Counted from the first letter of the whole stretch, positions 21,375 to 32,375 are shown. The stretch: DNA of 60,595 nucleotides, filler included, from 3 parts of 3 records of this genome joined end to end with filler, not necessarily neighbours in it; one strand, 5' to 3'. The notes: generated from the letters alone by a model not told the origin. Numbers and translations: made by a program.

Positions 21375-22715
21375 TTACAACTGCGCCTGCAGGCCCTGCA
21401 CCAAGGTCTTTTGCCGCGCAACCTGCGCTTGCAGGTCGATGGTTTGCACCTGCCCGTCTGCGACAATCCTGCGCCCCTCAACCAACAGATCCCGCACGGT
21501 CTGCGGCCCCGCCATCAGCAAGGCTGCTGGGTCCCAGCTGCCCGCGCTCTCGATCCCGCTGACATCCCAAATGGCAATGTCCGCCCGCGCGCCCACTGCG
21601 ATCCGCCCGCATTCCGGGCGTCCCAGTACATCAGCGCCGCCACGGGTGGCGATTTCCAGCGCCTCGCGCGCGCTCATGGCGTCAGCGCCCAGCATCACGC
21701 GTTGCAATAACATGGCCTGTCGCGCTTCGCCGATCAGGTTGCTGGCGTCGTTGCTGGCCGATCCATCCACCCCCAGCCCCACGCGCACGCCCGCATCGCG
21801 CAACCTGCGCACAGGTGCGATGCCAGACCCCAAGCGGCAGTTGGAACACGGGCAATGCGCAACGCCTGTGCCGGTCCGGGCAAACAGGTCAATCTCGCTT
21901 TGGTCCAGCTTGACGCAATGGGCATGCCACACATCAGGGCCGACCCAGCCCAGATCTTGCGCATATTGCCCGGGCCTGCAGCCGAATTTCTCTAGGGAAT
22001 AGGCGATGTCCTGATCGTTTTCGGCCAGATGGGTGTGCAGCATCACCCCTTTGTCCCGCGCAAGCACCGCGGTGTCGCGCATCAAATCACAGCTGACAGA
22101 AAACGGCGAACAGGGGGCGACCGCCACACGGCACATCGATGACGGGCTGGCATCATGAAAGGCATCAATCACGCGAATACAATCGTTCAAAATCGCGGCC
22201 TCGTCCTCGACCAAGGCATCGGGCGGCAGTCCCCCTTGGCTTTCGCCAATGCTCATCGCGCCACGGGTCGGCTGAAAACGCATACCAATTTCACGGGCGG
22301 CGTGAATGGTGTCTTCCAGCCGTGATCCGTTGGGATAAAGATACAAGTGGTCCGAGCTGAGGGTACAGCCAGACAGGGCAAGTTCTGCCAGCCCGATCTG
22401 CGCCGAGGTGAACATATGATCCGGTGTGAACCGCGCCCAAATCGGATAGAGCGTGCGCAGCCAGCCGAATAACAGCGCATCCTGCCCACCCGGCACCGCG
22501 CGGGTTAATGTCTGGTACAAATGGTGATGCGTATTCACAAGGCCGGGCGTCACGACGCATCCGGCCGCGTCAATCACCTCTCCTTCGCAAGGCAACCCCT
22601 GCCCGACCTCGGCAATGGCCCCGCCGCGGATCAGGATATCGGCACCCGCCAATTCCCGGCGCGTGTCGTCCATAGTCAGGATGTGGTCGGCGTTCCGAAG
22701 AAGTGTCTCTTTCAC
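21375..22715 (-). CDS. 8-oxoguanine deaminase (amidohydrolase)
   Basis: NTHHHLYQTL, PCSPFS, HTHLAE and GVDGSASND motifs; GTG start overlaps the upstream stop. Confidence 0.85.
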   Translation of the reverse strand: MKETLLRNADHILTMDDTRRELAGADILIRGGAIAEVGQGLPCEGEVIDAAGCVVTPGLVNTHHHLYQTLTRAVPGGQDALLFGWLRTLYPIWARFTPDHMFTSAQIGLAELALSGCTLSSDHLYLYPNGSRLEDTIHAAREIGMRFQPTRGAMSIGESQGGLPPDALVEDEAAILNDCIRVIDAFHDASPSSMCRVAVAPCSPFSVSCDLMRDTAVLARDKGVMLHTHLAENDQDIAYSLEKFGCRPGQYAQDLGWVGPDVWHAHCVKLDQSEIDLFARTGTGVAHCPCSNCRLGSGIAPVRRLRDAGVRVGLGVDGSASNDASNLIGEARQAMLLQRVMLGADAMSAREALEIATRGGADVLGRPECGRIAVGARADIAIWDVSGIESAGSWDPAALLMAGPQTVRDLLVEGRRIVADGQVQTIDLQAQVARQKTLVQGLQAQL

Positions 22716-23518
22716 GCGGGGCAATTCCGAAGGATATCAAGCGCCTGCGCGTGTATTTCCGCGTTTGCAGCGGCAATGATCCGCCCGCCGTCATGGGCCG
22801 GGGCACCTTGCCAGTTGGTGACGACACCGCCTGCGGCTTGGATCACCGCAATCGGGGCTTGAACGTCATAGGATTGCAGGCCCGCCTCGATCACCAAATC
22901 AATCTGGCCCGAGGCGACCAACGCATAGGCATAGCAATCCATGCCATAGCGCGTCAGCCGTGCCTGCTGCGCGACCTGCTGAAAGGCTGCGCCCTCGGTA
23001 CTACTGCCAACTTCTGGGAAAGTGGTGAAAACGGTCGCTTCGGACAGGCCGCGCGCAGCGCGGGTTTTCAGCGCATGTGTGCCACTTGGCCCCGTAACCG
23101 TCGCCAGCCCCGGACCGCCAATGAAACGTTCGCGAATATAGGGTTGGTCAATGATCCCGAAAAACGGACCGTCGCTGCCACCTACGGCAATCAACACGCC
23201 CCAAGTTGGCGTCCCAGAGACGAACCCCCGTGTGCCATCAATCGGATCCAATACCCATGTCAGCCCGGACGTGCCCGCGACAGCGCCATATTCCTCGCCC
23301 AGAACGGCATCATCGGGCCGTTCGCGCGCCAGAATATCCACCATGGCACGTTCCGCTGCGCGGTCCGCGATGGTGACAGGATCATAGCCTTGCAAAAGTT
23401 TGTTATCAGCAGACAAATCCGGCGCTCGAAAATGCGCCAGTGTCTCTACTCGGGCGGCATCGGCCAATAAATGGCCGACACGAAGGATGTCGGGATCAAG
23501 GTCATCATGAATTTTCAT
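22712..23518 (-). CDS. hisN: Inositol monophosphatase family, probable histidinol-phosphatase
   Basis: PVTIAD, GEE, WVLDPIDGT and GMDCYAY motifs. Confidence 0.75.
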   Translation of the reverse strand: MKIHDDLDPDILRVGHLLADAARVETLAHFRAPDLSADNKLLQGYDPVTIADRAAERAMVDILARERPDDAVLGEEYGAVAGTSGLTWVLDPIDGTRGFVSGTPTWGVLIAVGGSDGPFFGIIDQPYIRERFIGGPGLATVTGPSGTHALKTRAARGLSEATVFTTFPEVGSSTEGAAFQQVAQQARLTRYGMDCYAYALVASGQIDLVIEAGLQSYDVQAPIAVIQAAGGVVTNWQGAPAHDGGRIIAAANAEIHAQALDILRNCPA

Positions 23519-23595
23519 GACCCTTTCAGTGACATCAACTTATTACTGTTGCAATAACCTTGACGACCTTCCCTATGGGGCTAGGTCGATTAGTA

Positions 23596-23970
23596 TCAGG
23601 CTACATCACTCAAAACGCGCGCCAGTTCAAAAAGGCGGCGGCGTTGGTGTTCCGGGATCGAATAATACGAACGCACCAGATCCATGGCTTCCTTGTCGCC
23701 AATCAGGTCGGCGGGAATGTTTCTTAGCGGCGTATCAGACTGGCCTTTTTCAGCCTCGAGCCCTTCAAAGAAATGCGCGACCTCTACACCTAGTGCATCC
23801 GCAATATCCCACAAACGCGACGCGCTGACGCGGTTCGCACCCGTTTCGTATTTTTGGATCTGTTGGAATTTTATTCCCACCAGTTCTGCAAGCTTTTGTT
23901 GCGTCATTCCGGCCAACCAGCGGCGTTGACGGATACGCTGTCCTACATGAACATCTACTTTGTGCGGCAT
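23596..23970 (-). CDS. XRE-family HTH regulator
   Basis: VDVHVGQRIR...FQQIQKYETGANRVSASRL. Confidence 0.92.
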   Translation of the reverse strand: MPHKVDVHVGQRIRQRRWLAGMTQQKLAELVGIKFQQIQKYETGANRVSASRLWDIADALGVEVAHFFEGLEAEKGQSDTPLRNIPADLIGDKEAMDLVRSYYSIPEHQRRRLFELARVLSDVA

Positions 23971-24435
23971 CGCTATACTCTTTCCAGTTGCATGCACACG
24001 GACATGTGCAGTACGTTTTACATCTAACGGAAATGGTTAAAAATCGCCATCTCCGCAGCCTTATGGCCTCATTTACTCTTTAAACGCTCACAAATAAAGT
24101 CCGAATGCATATAAACCCTAATAAGTTCGGGGTTCTATTTCTCACTTAAACATTTGCAGGTGCATATTCTCTAAAAATAAAACACACCCTATACGTGCAT
24201 TTGAGTCCACGGCGATACCTAAATGTGAAAAAAGGCATTTATGTGTCGCCAGCAAACTTCTCCTACCCATTGCGGGAGTGCAAAGATCATATTCCTGCCC
24301 TGATTGAGAAAATACCTGACAGACGTCAGCGTTTCAAAACGCCGGCCAAAGGACGTATGGTCAACCTGCGCTGGCGATGACAGTGCAATTCCGTGTATCT
24401 GCAGGGCGCAATCGGGGTACCATCTATCCTTTTGG

Positions 24436-25284
24436 TTATTTTCGAAACATATCGCGGATCATGCCCGCCAACGAATCGTGCACTGTATTGCGCGTTGCCA
24501 AAGCACCGTAGAGATTGATGTTCTGCGTCGGCAGAACCGGCAGCGCGCCGTGGTGATGTATCCGCTCAAGATGAGGCGGCTCGGTGCCGTCGATCATCGC
24601 ATGCACAGCAAGATCGGCGCTCACCGTCGCCTCGATGGTGCGGTCGCTTTCTGTCTCGACAATCAAATCCCATTTCACCTTATGCTGGTCCAGCGCCTCG
24701 ACCACCTTGGGGCGGAACGTACAGAAACGACCAAGGGCCAGTTTCAGCGGCCGTTGACGCCACGCCGCCCCACCCGGCGCACCGATCCAGATCAGGGGCT
24801 TTGCGCATAACGTTTCACCGCCGGTATCAAGACCGCTTTCCGTGGTCATGATCAAATCGCAGGCCCCCTTGGCAAAGCTTTCCTTGAGCGTACGGGTGTA
24901 AGAGGATTCCAATTGCACCCGAACCCGCGGGAAAACCGCATGAAACTGCTTTAGCACTTGGGGGATCGCCGGATAGACGATGTCATGGGGCACGCCCAAG
25001 CTGATCACCCCCTCGTGCGATTGATCCGTCAGTCTACCAATCATTTCATCGTTCAACGCAATCATGCGGCGGGCATAGGCCAGCACCTGTTCGCCGCTTG
25101 CCGTCAATGCGATGGTGCGGCCCGACCGATCCAGCAATTCGAGGCCCAATAGGTCTTCGAGACGTTTCAACTGCATTGAGACGGCGGATTGGGTCAGATG
25201 CAGAAAACCCGCGGCACGTGTCACCCCACCGGAATCCGCCACGGCAACAAAGGACCGAAGCGTGGTGATATCAAGGTTTCTCAT
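24436..25284 (-). CDS. LysR-family regulator
   Basis: N-terminal HTH with TQSAVSMQLKRLE; 282 aa. Confidence 0.95.
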   Translation of the reverse strand: MRNLDITTLRSFVAVADSGGVTRAAGFLHLTQSAVSMQLKRLEDLLGLELLDRSGRTIALTASGEQVLAYARRMIALNDEMIGRLTDQSHEGVISLGVPHDIVYPAIPQVLKQFHAVFPRVRVQLESSYTRTLKESFAKGACDLIMTTESGLDTGGETLCAKPLIWIGAPGGAAWRQRPLKLALGRFCTFRPKVVEALDQHKVKWDLIVETESDRTIEATVSADLAVHAMIDGTEPPHLERIHHHGALPVLPTQNINLYGALATRNTVHDSLAGMIRDMFRK

Positions 25285-25315
25285 CCATATTCTTTCGTGA
25301 TTAAATCATATAAAG

Positions 25316-25332
25316 CATCAGATATTGTGATG
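25316..25332. promoter_or_regulatory. Probable LysR box
   Basis: CATCA-N7-TGATG dyad (T-N11-A) about 30 bp upstream of the LysR start. Confidence 0.55.
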
Positions 25333-25622
25333 GTATGCGCAAGGTTTTTGTCGCCGCGGCAGATTTACCAACAGGTTTGCGGTCAAAATCGCCTATCTAT
25401 AACCCACGTTTCCGGTCTCCTCCGGTCAGAGGATCTGATCCGCCGCCCGCTGGCCGCGAAACCCGTGCCCGCTTGGGATAGGTAAAGCATTATCATTATT
25501 GAAACCACTTACCGATAATCAGCGGAAAAGCCTTGAAAAACTGCGCCAGTCACCCGATATTCCATGCAATACCGGGGTAGGAAAACCAATCCCGCAACTC
25601 TTTTACCAATTGGAGGACTTTC

Positions 25623-26399
25623 ATGGCCGACGTGAATACAATCCGGTCCGCTGCCGGATCCCGCGCCGCCGCTATCGACGAGGGGCTGCGCACCCATATG
25701 AACAAGGTGTATGGCACCATGTCGATTGGCATGTTGATCACCTTTGCCGCTGCTTGGGCCATTTCCGGTCTTGCAGTCACAACAGACCCTGCCGCCGCCG
25801 TGGCGCAGATCGGTACTGACAAGTATCTGACCTCGTTCGGGTCAGCCTTGTACATGTCGCCGCTCAAGTGGGTTGTCATGTTTGCGCCGCTCGCCTTTGT
25901 CTTTGGCCTTGGTGCCGCCATGAATAAAATCTCGGCTGCGACCGCGCAGACGCTGTTTTACGCATTTGCCGCTGTCATGGGTATTTCCATCAGCTCGATC
26001 TTCCTGGTCTTCACAGGCTACTCGATCATTCAGATTTTCTTGATCACATCGATCGCCTTTGCGGGCCTGTCGCTGTGGGGCTACACCACCAAGAAAGACA
26101 TCTCTGGCTGGGGTAGCTTCTTGATCATGGGTGTGATCGGTCTGATCGTTGCATCTGTCGTCAACATCTTCCTGGGCTCGCCTGCCTTGGTTTTCGCGAT
26201 CTCTGCCATCGGCGTACTGATCTTTGCGGGTCTGACAGCCTATGACACGCAAAACATCAAGGCCACATACCTTGCGCACGCCCAACACGGCGACCAAGAG
26301 TGGCTAGCAAAGTCGGGTATCATGGGCGCGCTTAGCCTGTACCTGAACTTTATCAACATGTTCATGATGTTGCTGCAACTGTTCGGCAACCGCGAATAA
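25623..26399 (+). CDS. Bax inhibitor-1/YccA family membrane protein
   Basis: DEGLRTHM.KVY, YTTKKD, AYDTQ and ALSLYLNFIN motifs. Confidence 0.93.
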   Translation: MADVNTIRSAAGSRAAAIDEGLRTHMNKVYGTMSIGMLITFAAAWAISGLAVTTDPAAAVAQIGTDKYLTSFGSALYMSPLKWVVMFAPLAFVFGLGAAMNKISAATAQTLFYAFAAVMGISISSIFLVFTGYSIIQIFLITSIAFAGLSLWGYTTKKDISGWGSFLIMGVIGLIVASVVNIFLGSPALVFAISAIGVLIFAGLTAYDTQNIKATYLAHAQHGDQEWLAKSGIMGALSLYLNFINMFMMLLQLFGNRE

Positions 26400-26421
26400 A
26401 CGACGACACACTTACGAATAC

Positions 26422-26456
26422 AAAGGCCCGTCAGAGAAATCTGGCGGGCCTTTTTT
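26422..26456 (+). terminator. Rho-independent terminator
   Basis: AAAGGCCCGTCAGA-GAAA-TCTGGCGGGCC followed by T6. Confidence 0.85.
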
Positions 26457-26532
26457 CATGCCCTGCCCCCTTGCATACCCTCCAGCTGTCGCGTTTGTTT
26501 GCCCCATGCCCACCCGCAGAAAGGACCGCACC

Positions 26533-26841
26533 ATGCTGGAACTCCGCCCGAATTGCGAGATGTGTGACAAAGACCTGCCGCCAAACGCCACTGACGCGCG
26601 GATATGCAGTTACGAATGCACCTTTTGCGCCAGCTGCGTCGAGGATGTGCTGCAAAACGTCTGCCCCAATTGTGCCAGTGGTTTTGCCCCACGCCCGATC
26701 CGCCCCGCGCAGGACCGCCGCGCCAAGGTCAGCCTTGCGTATCAACCCGCCTCGACCACGCGGCGCGGCCTGAAGTACGACTTAGACGACATCGCCCGAC
26801 AAACCGCTCAGACCAAGCATATCGCCCCTCAGGACCGGTAA
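26533..26841 (+). CDS. DUF1272 family Cys-rich protein
   Basis: MLELRPNCE.CDKDLP...ICSYECTFC..C...CPNC. Confidence 0.9.
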   Translation: MLELRPNCEMCDKDLPPNATDARICSYECTFCASCVEDVLQNVCPNCASGFAPRPIRPAQDRRAKVSLAYQPASTTRRGLKYDLDDIARQTAQTKHIAPQDR

Positions 26842-26891
26842 CAGCGACGGTTTCCCGACGGTCCCTGCAATGAATGAAAGGTCCATATCCC

Positions 26892-27587
26892 ATGCCAAGA
26901 ACTGTCCTTGTCACCGGAGGTGCCATCGGCATCGGCCGCGCCATTGCTGATGATCTGGCCCAAGATCACAACGTGGCGATTGTCTGGCACAGGTCACCGC
27001 CGCAGGGGCTGCCTGACAGTATCCTCGCGATCCAAGCAGACCTGACCCAAGACGGTGCCTGCGCAGACGTGGTGCAAAAGCTGATGGCGCATTTTGGTCA
27101 GCTGGATCTGATCGTCAACAACGCTGGCGCTGTCCGCTCAACCCCGTTGGACAGCTTTGACGCAGCCGATCAACATGCGTTGCTGGCCGTGAACGTGCTG
27201 GCCCCTGCCGACCTGCTGGCCGCAGCCCTGCCGCATCTGCACAGTGGCGCTGCGGTTGTGAATATATCATCGGTGAATGCGGTGCTGCCACCCAAGGGGG
27301 CCGCGCTTTACGGGGCCAGCAAAGCCGCGTTAAACCTGTGGACGCGCGCCATGGCCAAAGAACTGGGGCCACGGGGCATTCGCGTTAATGCCGTCGCACC
27401 GGGGGCCATCAACATCGCTGAGAATCCGCGCCCTGATGCGCTGACAGAGCTGTTTGTGAAAGACACCGCATTGGGCCGGATCGGGACGCCCCAAGATATC
27501 GCGCGCGCCGTACGGTTTCTGGCCAGTGCCGATGCAAGTTTCATTACAGGTGAGGTTCTGACGGTTTCAGGGGGATACCGCCTTTAG
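26892..27587 (+). CDS. Short-chain dehydrogenase/reductase
   Basis: TGGAIGIG, NNAG, YGASK and NAVAPG motifs. Confidence 0.93.
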   Translation: MPRTVLVTGGAIGIGRAIADDLAQDHNVAIVWHRSPPQGLPDSILAIQADLTQDGACADVVQKLMAHFGQLDLIVNNAGAVRSTPLDSFDAADQHALLAVNVLAPADLLAAALPHLHSGAAVVNISSVNAVLPPKGAALYGASKAALNLWTRAMAKELGPRGIRVNAVAPGAINIAENPRPDALTELFVKDTALGRIGTPQDIARAVRFLASADASFITGEVLTVSGGYRL

Positions 27588-27599
27588 GGCAGCGAGTTA

Positions 27600-28289
27600 C
27601 TAGACAACACTATCGAAAAGCTGCCCGACCCCGGCGGTGAACAGCATCGCCACGACGCCCCAAATGACGGCACGTATGATCCCTGGCCGCAACGGCGCGC
27701 CGCCCAGTTTTGCGCCACCACCGCCCAGCAGAACCAGCGCCAGAACAGCGACCGCTGCAATTGCGCCAATGTCTGCCGCACGCGGGGCTAAAAGCGCGGC
27801 TGCCAAAGGAAATGCACCGCCGATGCCAAAGGCCAGCGCAGAGGCCCCAGCCGCCTGCAACGGGTTCGCCTGACCGGCTAGGCCAAACATGCCCAATTCT
27901 TCACGGGCATGGGCACCAAGGGCGTCATGGTCGGTCATCTGGGCCGCTACCTTGACGGCCAATACGGCATCGACACCACGGCTTTCGAGGCCTTCTGCCA
28001 GTTCCTCAAGCTCGTAATCGGGGTCTTCTTCCAATGCGATGCGTTCGCGTTCAAGATCGGCCGCTTCGACATCAGCCTGAGCGGACACCGAAACATATTC
28101 CCCCGCCGCCATCGACAGCGCCCCAGCGGTAAGCCCCGCAAAGCCCGTCAGCATCACATTCCCGGACGCCATGCCAGCCGATGTGACACCGACCAGCAAA
28201 CTGGACATGGACACAATGCCATCGTTGGCCCCCAGCACGGCTGCACGCAACCAGTTGCTCCGGTTTATAAAGTGGCCTTCTTTGGGCAT
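27600..28289 (-). CDS. VIT1/CCC1 family Fe/Mn transporter
   Basis: WLRAAVLGANDGIVS and SMAAGEYVSV motifs. Confidence 0.93.
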   Translation of the reverse strand: MPKEGHFINRSNWLRAAVLGANDGIVSMSSLLVGVTSAGMASGNVMLTGFAGLTAGALSMAAGEYVSVSAQADVEAADLERERIALEEDPDYELEELAEGLESRGVDAVLAVKVAAQMTDHDALGAHAREELGMFGLAGQANPLQAAGASALAFGIGGAFPLAAALLAPRAADIGAIAAVAVLALVLLGGGGAKLGGAPLRPGIIRAVIWGVVAMLFTAGVGQLFDSVV

Positions 28290-28400
28290 GGGATCGCCTT
28301 TGGATGCGGGTGCGCGGGGTGCACCTGTAAAGCACAGTGGTAGAAACGCAAAAGACCGCACACAAGGGTGCGGTCCTGCAATCCGTTCAAAGGGCAGATC

Positions 28401-28568
28401 TTACTTGATCTTGCCTTCTTTGTATTCGACGTGCTTCCGAATAACGGGGTCGTACTTTTTGATGACCATCTTCTCGGTCATGGTACGCGCGTTTTTCTTT
28501 GTTACGTAGAAATGGCCTGTGCCCGCGGACGAGTTCAGACGGATCTTGATCGTGGTTGGCTTCGCCAT
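28401..28568 (-). CDS. rpmG: 50S ribosomal protein L33
   Basis: [26 protein letters not shown]...KYDP...YKEGKIK. Confidence 0.98.
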   Translation of the reverse strand: MAKPTTIKIRLNSSAGTGHFYVTKKNARTMTEKMVIKKYDPVIRKHVEYKEGKIK

Positions 28569-28753
28569 AGTCGTTCTCCTGCAAGTACGAGAAGGCCGCT
28601 CTTCGACCAAGCCTCGTGAAATCCTGAGATTTGGGTTCTAGTCACGCCAGCCCCCGAGTCAACCGCTATTTCCTCACCAATGCGGAAAGGAGCCGGAAAA
28701 TTCGAATTTTCCGTACCGGAATTTCAAAAAATTCCGATCGGGACCGTAAAAGA

Positions 28754-29167
<414 letters not shown>

Positions 29168-29220
29168 CTGCACGCCTAGCGTTTTACGTTGTGCGACGTC
29201 AATCTGTTTCGCGGGTCGGA

Positions 29221-29250
29221 TGCCTCCGGCGGGGATTTATTTCCATTTGG
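29221..29250. repeat. Probable REP-like element fragment at contig end
   Basis: TGCCTCCGGCGGGGATTTATTT resembles TGCCTGCGGCGG...AATATTT at 6684-6712. Confidence 0.4.
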
Positions 29251-29350
29251 NNNNNNNNNNNNNNNNNNNNNNNNNNNNNNNNNNNNNNNNNNNNTTAATT
29301 AATTAANNNNNNNNNNNNNNNNNNNNNNNNNNNNNNNNNNNNNNNNNNNN
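29251..29350. other. Artificial scaffold linker
   Basis: N-run with TTAATTAATTAA at 29295-29306. Confidence 0.98.
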
Positions 29351-29905
29351 ACGAATGCCCAGTGTATCGGCGTTGTAGATGGTCGGGATCAGCGTCATCC
29401 AGCCGGTGACGTCCTTGGAAAAGGTCTTGCTGCCTTGGCCATCAACGAAACCAACCGTGCTTGGTGCCGTTCCTTGCGCAACGGTGCTTTCAGGTGTGAG
29501 CTTGCCAGTGGTGAAGATCGGCGAAATCTTGTCGAAATTTTTGATCTTGGAGGTGTCCATCGCCTGCAGATTGCCAGTTGGCCAGATCTTCTTGCAGATC
29601 CAGTATTCGATATCGGCGATATCGAAGCTCTTGGGCTGGGTGGCGGCACGCTGGGTTACGCTGTCGGAATCAAGCGCTGTCATTTCAAGGTTGAAACCCA
29701 GATCTTCTTTCACCTTGATGCCAACATCATTGAGGTTGGACACGCCGGTGCCGAACTGGCGCAGGGTCACGTCCTTGATGTTCTGGGCCCAGATGGTCGG
29801 AAACCCGGTCACGGCGCCCGAGCCGATGGCAGCGCCCGCAACTGCGGCCGTGCCCTTGAGCAGCGAGCGGCGGCTGACGGAGCTGGATTTTGGTGTATCA
29901 GTCAT
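29351..29905 (-). CDS. ABC substrate-binding protein (PotD/PotF-like), Tat-exported, 3' truncated
   Basis: SRRSLLK twin-arginine signal; GAAGGAG RBS; follows a PotA-like ATPase. Confidence 0.8.
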
Positions 29906-29954
29906 GTGCATTCTCCTTCGTGGTGATTGGCATAGTGGTGATTGTCGGTGCGGA

Positions 29955-30959
29955 TCAGCTTGCCAGACGGTGTGCGTCATCCGGCTTCCAGTCGAGAAAG
30001 ACCGCCTGGCCAATCTCCAAAGGTGTTTGAGAAAACAGCGCGTCGGGAATACTGACGCTGATCGGGTCTGGGTTTGCCGTATCTCCGGCTGCGTTGAGCG
30101 CGACCGAAAAGCTGGTTCCGAGATATTCAATTTCACGCACAACGGCTTGAAACCCGGCACTGCCCTCCGGCCTGGTCTTGGCGACTGTGATCTTGTCCGA
30201 ACGGATTGCCAGGTGGGATTGACCATCGCTCATGACATTGTGCCCACCCATGAACTGGGCGACGAATTGCGTCTGCGGCCGGTTGAAGACATCCTGGGCG
30301 CTGCCGACCTGTTCGATGCGGCCATTGTTCATGACGATAATCTGGTCAGCCAGAGACAGCGCTTCATCCTGGGAGTGGGTGACGTGAATGAAGGAAATCC
30401 CCAATTCGCGCTGCAACCGCTTGAGTTCCGAGCGCATGCGCAGACGCAGGAACGGGTCGAGCGCGGACAAAGGCTCGTCGAGCAACAGGATCGACGGATT
30501 GGTAATGAGGGCACGGGCAAGGGCGACACGCTGCTGCTGGCCGCCTGACAATTGCGCGGGCAGACGCGCGGCAAAGTTTGCCATGTCCACGAGCTCAAGC
30601 AGTTTCATCGCCTCTGACAGGCGCGCCTGCTTCTCAGCGCCCTTCATTTTCAGGCTGAAGGCCACGTTTTCGGCAACGCTGAGATGCGGGAAAAGCGCAT
30701 AACTCTGAAACATCATCGCTGTACCGCGTTCAGCCGGCGGCAAATCGGTGATGTTCTTGGCGCCGAGCAGGATATCGCCCCGCGAGACCGTTTCATGCCC
30801 GGCGATCATCCGCAGTGTGGATGATTTTCCGCATCCCGACGGACCAAGCAGGCAGGTGTAGGAATTGCCGGGAATTTTCAGCGAGATGCCGTCAACGGCA
30901 ATCGATTGCCCGTAGGATTTTGTGACTGCAATCAGTTCTGCCGCGGATTTGTCCGTCAT
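29955..30959 (-). CDS. ABC ATP-binding protein (PotA-like)
   Basis: GPSGCGKS, FQSYALFPH, LSGGQQQR and LLLDEP motifs; TOBE-like tail. Confidence 0.93.
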   Translation of the reverse strand: MTDKSAAELIAVTKSYGQSIAVDGISLKIPGNSYTCLLGPSGCGKSSTLRMIAGHETVSRGDILLGAKNITDLPPAERGTAMMFQSYALFPHLSVAENVAFSLKMKGAEKQARLSEAMKLLELVDMANFAARLPAQLSGGQQQRVALARALITNPSILLLDEPLSALDPFLRLRMRSELKRLQRELGISFIHVTHSQDEALSLADQIIVMNNGRIEQVGSAQDVFNRPQTQFVAQFMGGHNVMSDGQSHLAIRSDKITVAKTRPEGSAGFQAVVREIEYLGTSFSVALNAAGDTANPDPISVSIPDALFSQTPLEIGQAVFLDWKPDDAHRLAS

Positions 30960-30989
30960 GGAATGGCTCCTTGTCTCTCCCATCAGGTG

Positions 30990-31005
30990 AGCAAGAGCCG
31001 TGCCA
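30990..31005 (-). promoter_or_regulatory. Sigma-54 (-24/-12) promoter
   Basis: TGGCAC-GGCTC-TTGCT about 30 bp upstream of the ATPase start. Confidence 0.85.
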
Positions 31006-31020
31006 GAATTCCAGAACATA

Positions 31021-31033
31021 TAACATACTGATT
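31021..31033 (-). promoter_or_regulatory. Possible IHF site
   Basis: AATCAGTATGTTA fits WATCARN4TTR; AT-rich flank; just upstream of the sigma-54 promoter. Confidence 0.5.
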
Positions 31034-31114
31034 TTATTAAATTAAAATTTGAGGCGCGATCCCGACTGTGATCCCTGCCTAAATTGGAGCCATTATTTTA
31101 TACGATATGCACAA

Positions 31115-31130
31115 AAATCGTATACAATTT
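31115..31130. promoter_or_regulatory. GTATAC palindromic GntR-type operator
   Basis: AAATCGTATACAATTT, one mismatch from a perfect palindrome; upstream of gntR. Confidence 0.65.
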
Positions 31131-31241
31131 TCATTGCAAAAACAGGATGCAAATTCTAAGACAGCCTATCAGAAACTTGTGGTTTCCAGGCATGCAACAG
31201 TGAACAAAGCGCTTCGCCCTCCCAAAGACGCGCAGCCTGCA

Positions 31242-31919
31242 ATGTCAGGCTCGACAAGCCGGTCGGACCGGGTCGTTGCCGGACTTCAGCGCGCAATTTT
31301 TGAACACAAGATAGCGCCGGGGACTAAACTATCAGAGGATGAAGTCGGCGATATCTTCGGCGTCAGCCGCACCATCGTCCGCTCTGCACTTCAAGCGCTG
31401 GCCCATTCCCAGCTTGTCACCATCGAGAAAAACCGCGGCGCATTCATAGCCAGTCCGACACCTGAGGAAGCGCACGAAGTTTTTGAAGCGCGCGGACTGA
31501 TCGAACCCCGGGTTGCGGCGATGGCTGCCAAGCGTATGACCGAGCAATCGCTTGAAGTCCTGCATGCCCATATTGAAGACGAGCACAGGGCCATGCATGC
31601 GGGCGACAAGGGGCAAGCCCTGTCGCTGTCAGGCGGGTTCCACCTCAAGATCGCCGATATTGCCGGCCACGATGTCTTCACCGGCTTCATCAACGCATTG
31701 ATTTCACGATCCTCCCTGATCATCGCGCTGTATTGGCGCCGAGCGGATACGACCTGCGAAAGCCATTCCCATCACGCCTTGATGAAAGCCTTTGAAAGCC
31801 GTGATGCGGCTGCCGCAGAGGAGATCATGCGCAGCCATATTGTTGATCTGCATTCCGGGCTCGACTTGAGCAATCCGAAGAATGCACCGTTGTCGTTGTC
31901 GGATGCCCTTAGACCGTAG
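31242..31919 (+). CDS. GntR/FCD family regulator
   Basis: PGTKLSEDEVGDIFGVSRTIVRSAL HTH; FH...H...H FCD pattern; start uncertain (GTG 31200 or ATG 31242). Confidence 0.92.
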   Translation: MSGSTSRSDRVVAGLQRAIFEHKIAPGTKLSEDEVGDIFGVSRTIVRSALQALAHSQLVTIEKNRGAFIASPTPEEAHEVFEARGLIEPRVAAMAAKRMTEQSLEVLHAHIEDEHRAMHAGDKGQALSLSGGFHLKIADIAGHDVFTGFINALISRSSLIIALYWRRADTTCESHSHHALMKAFESRDAAAAEEIMRSHIVDLHSGLDLSNPKNAPLSLSDALRP

Positions 31920-32287
31920 TCATTGATGGACCGTAGAACCGGTCGCCGTGTTTGAACCAACCCAATATCCTCATATGTTCGCATGGCGGTCGGTCTATTG
32001 CCCAGGGCGACCAATCATCACTCAAAGCGCGATTTTTCGCCTAGAATAAAGGCAATCGCCCACACAACCGGGTTCTTCATCGAACGGCAAGCAGGCGTAA
32101 GACCTTTGGGCCCTGAAACTCTTTTCGGGATTGGTCGTATCCAAACCCAGCATTGCGCCAAACACCCCAGTTTATCGGGGCTCAAGTTGCATTTTAACGC
32201 CCCTTGCTCGGTAGTGACATTTGAGCGCTGGACATCTCCGTCGGACCGGTACTCATGCCAGCAATTTCCGGTCAAAACCTAGCCATC

Positions 32288-32303
32288 TGGCGCATGTCTT
32301 GCT
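32288..32303 (+). promoter_or_regulatory. Sigma-54 promoter of atzF
   Basis: TGGCGC-ATGTC-TTGCT about 70 bp upstream of the ORF. Confidence 0.7.
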
Positions 32304-32375
32304 TGTTTCCGGTTGGGCATTGCCGGTTTTGCCGGCACCATGCATCAATGAAACAGCACATAAGGCAGACACAGC

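Noticed and set aside
19926-22715. guaD and 8-oxoguanine deaminase as part of the catabolic island
   Set aside because: They are on a different contig in core-genome context; proximity to the island comes from scaffolding.
25333-25500. Small DUF1127-like gene divergent from the LysR gene
   Set aside because: No convincing start, RBS or L.D.G motif found.
31920-32375. Guanidine riboswitch upstream of atzF or the DUF1989 gene
   Set aside because: No ykkC-type conserved segments or paired ACGR hairpins were seen here or at 49837-50080; an Infernal/Rfam scan would settle it.
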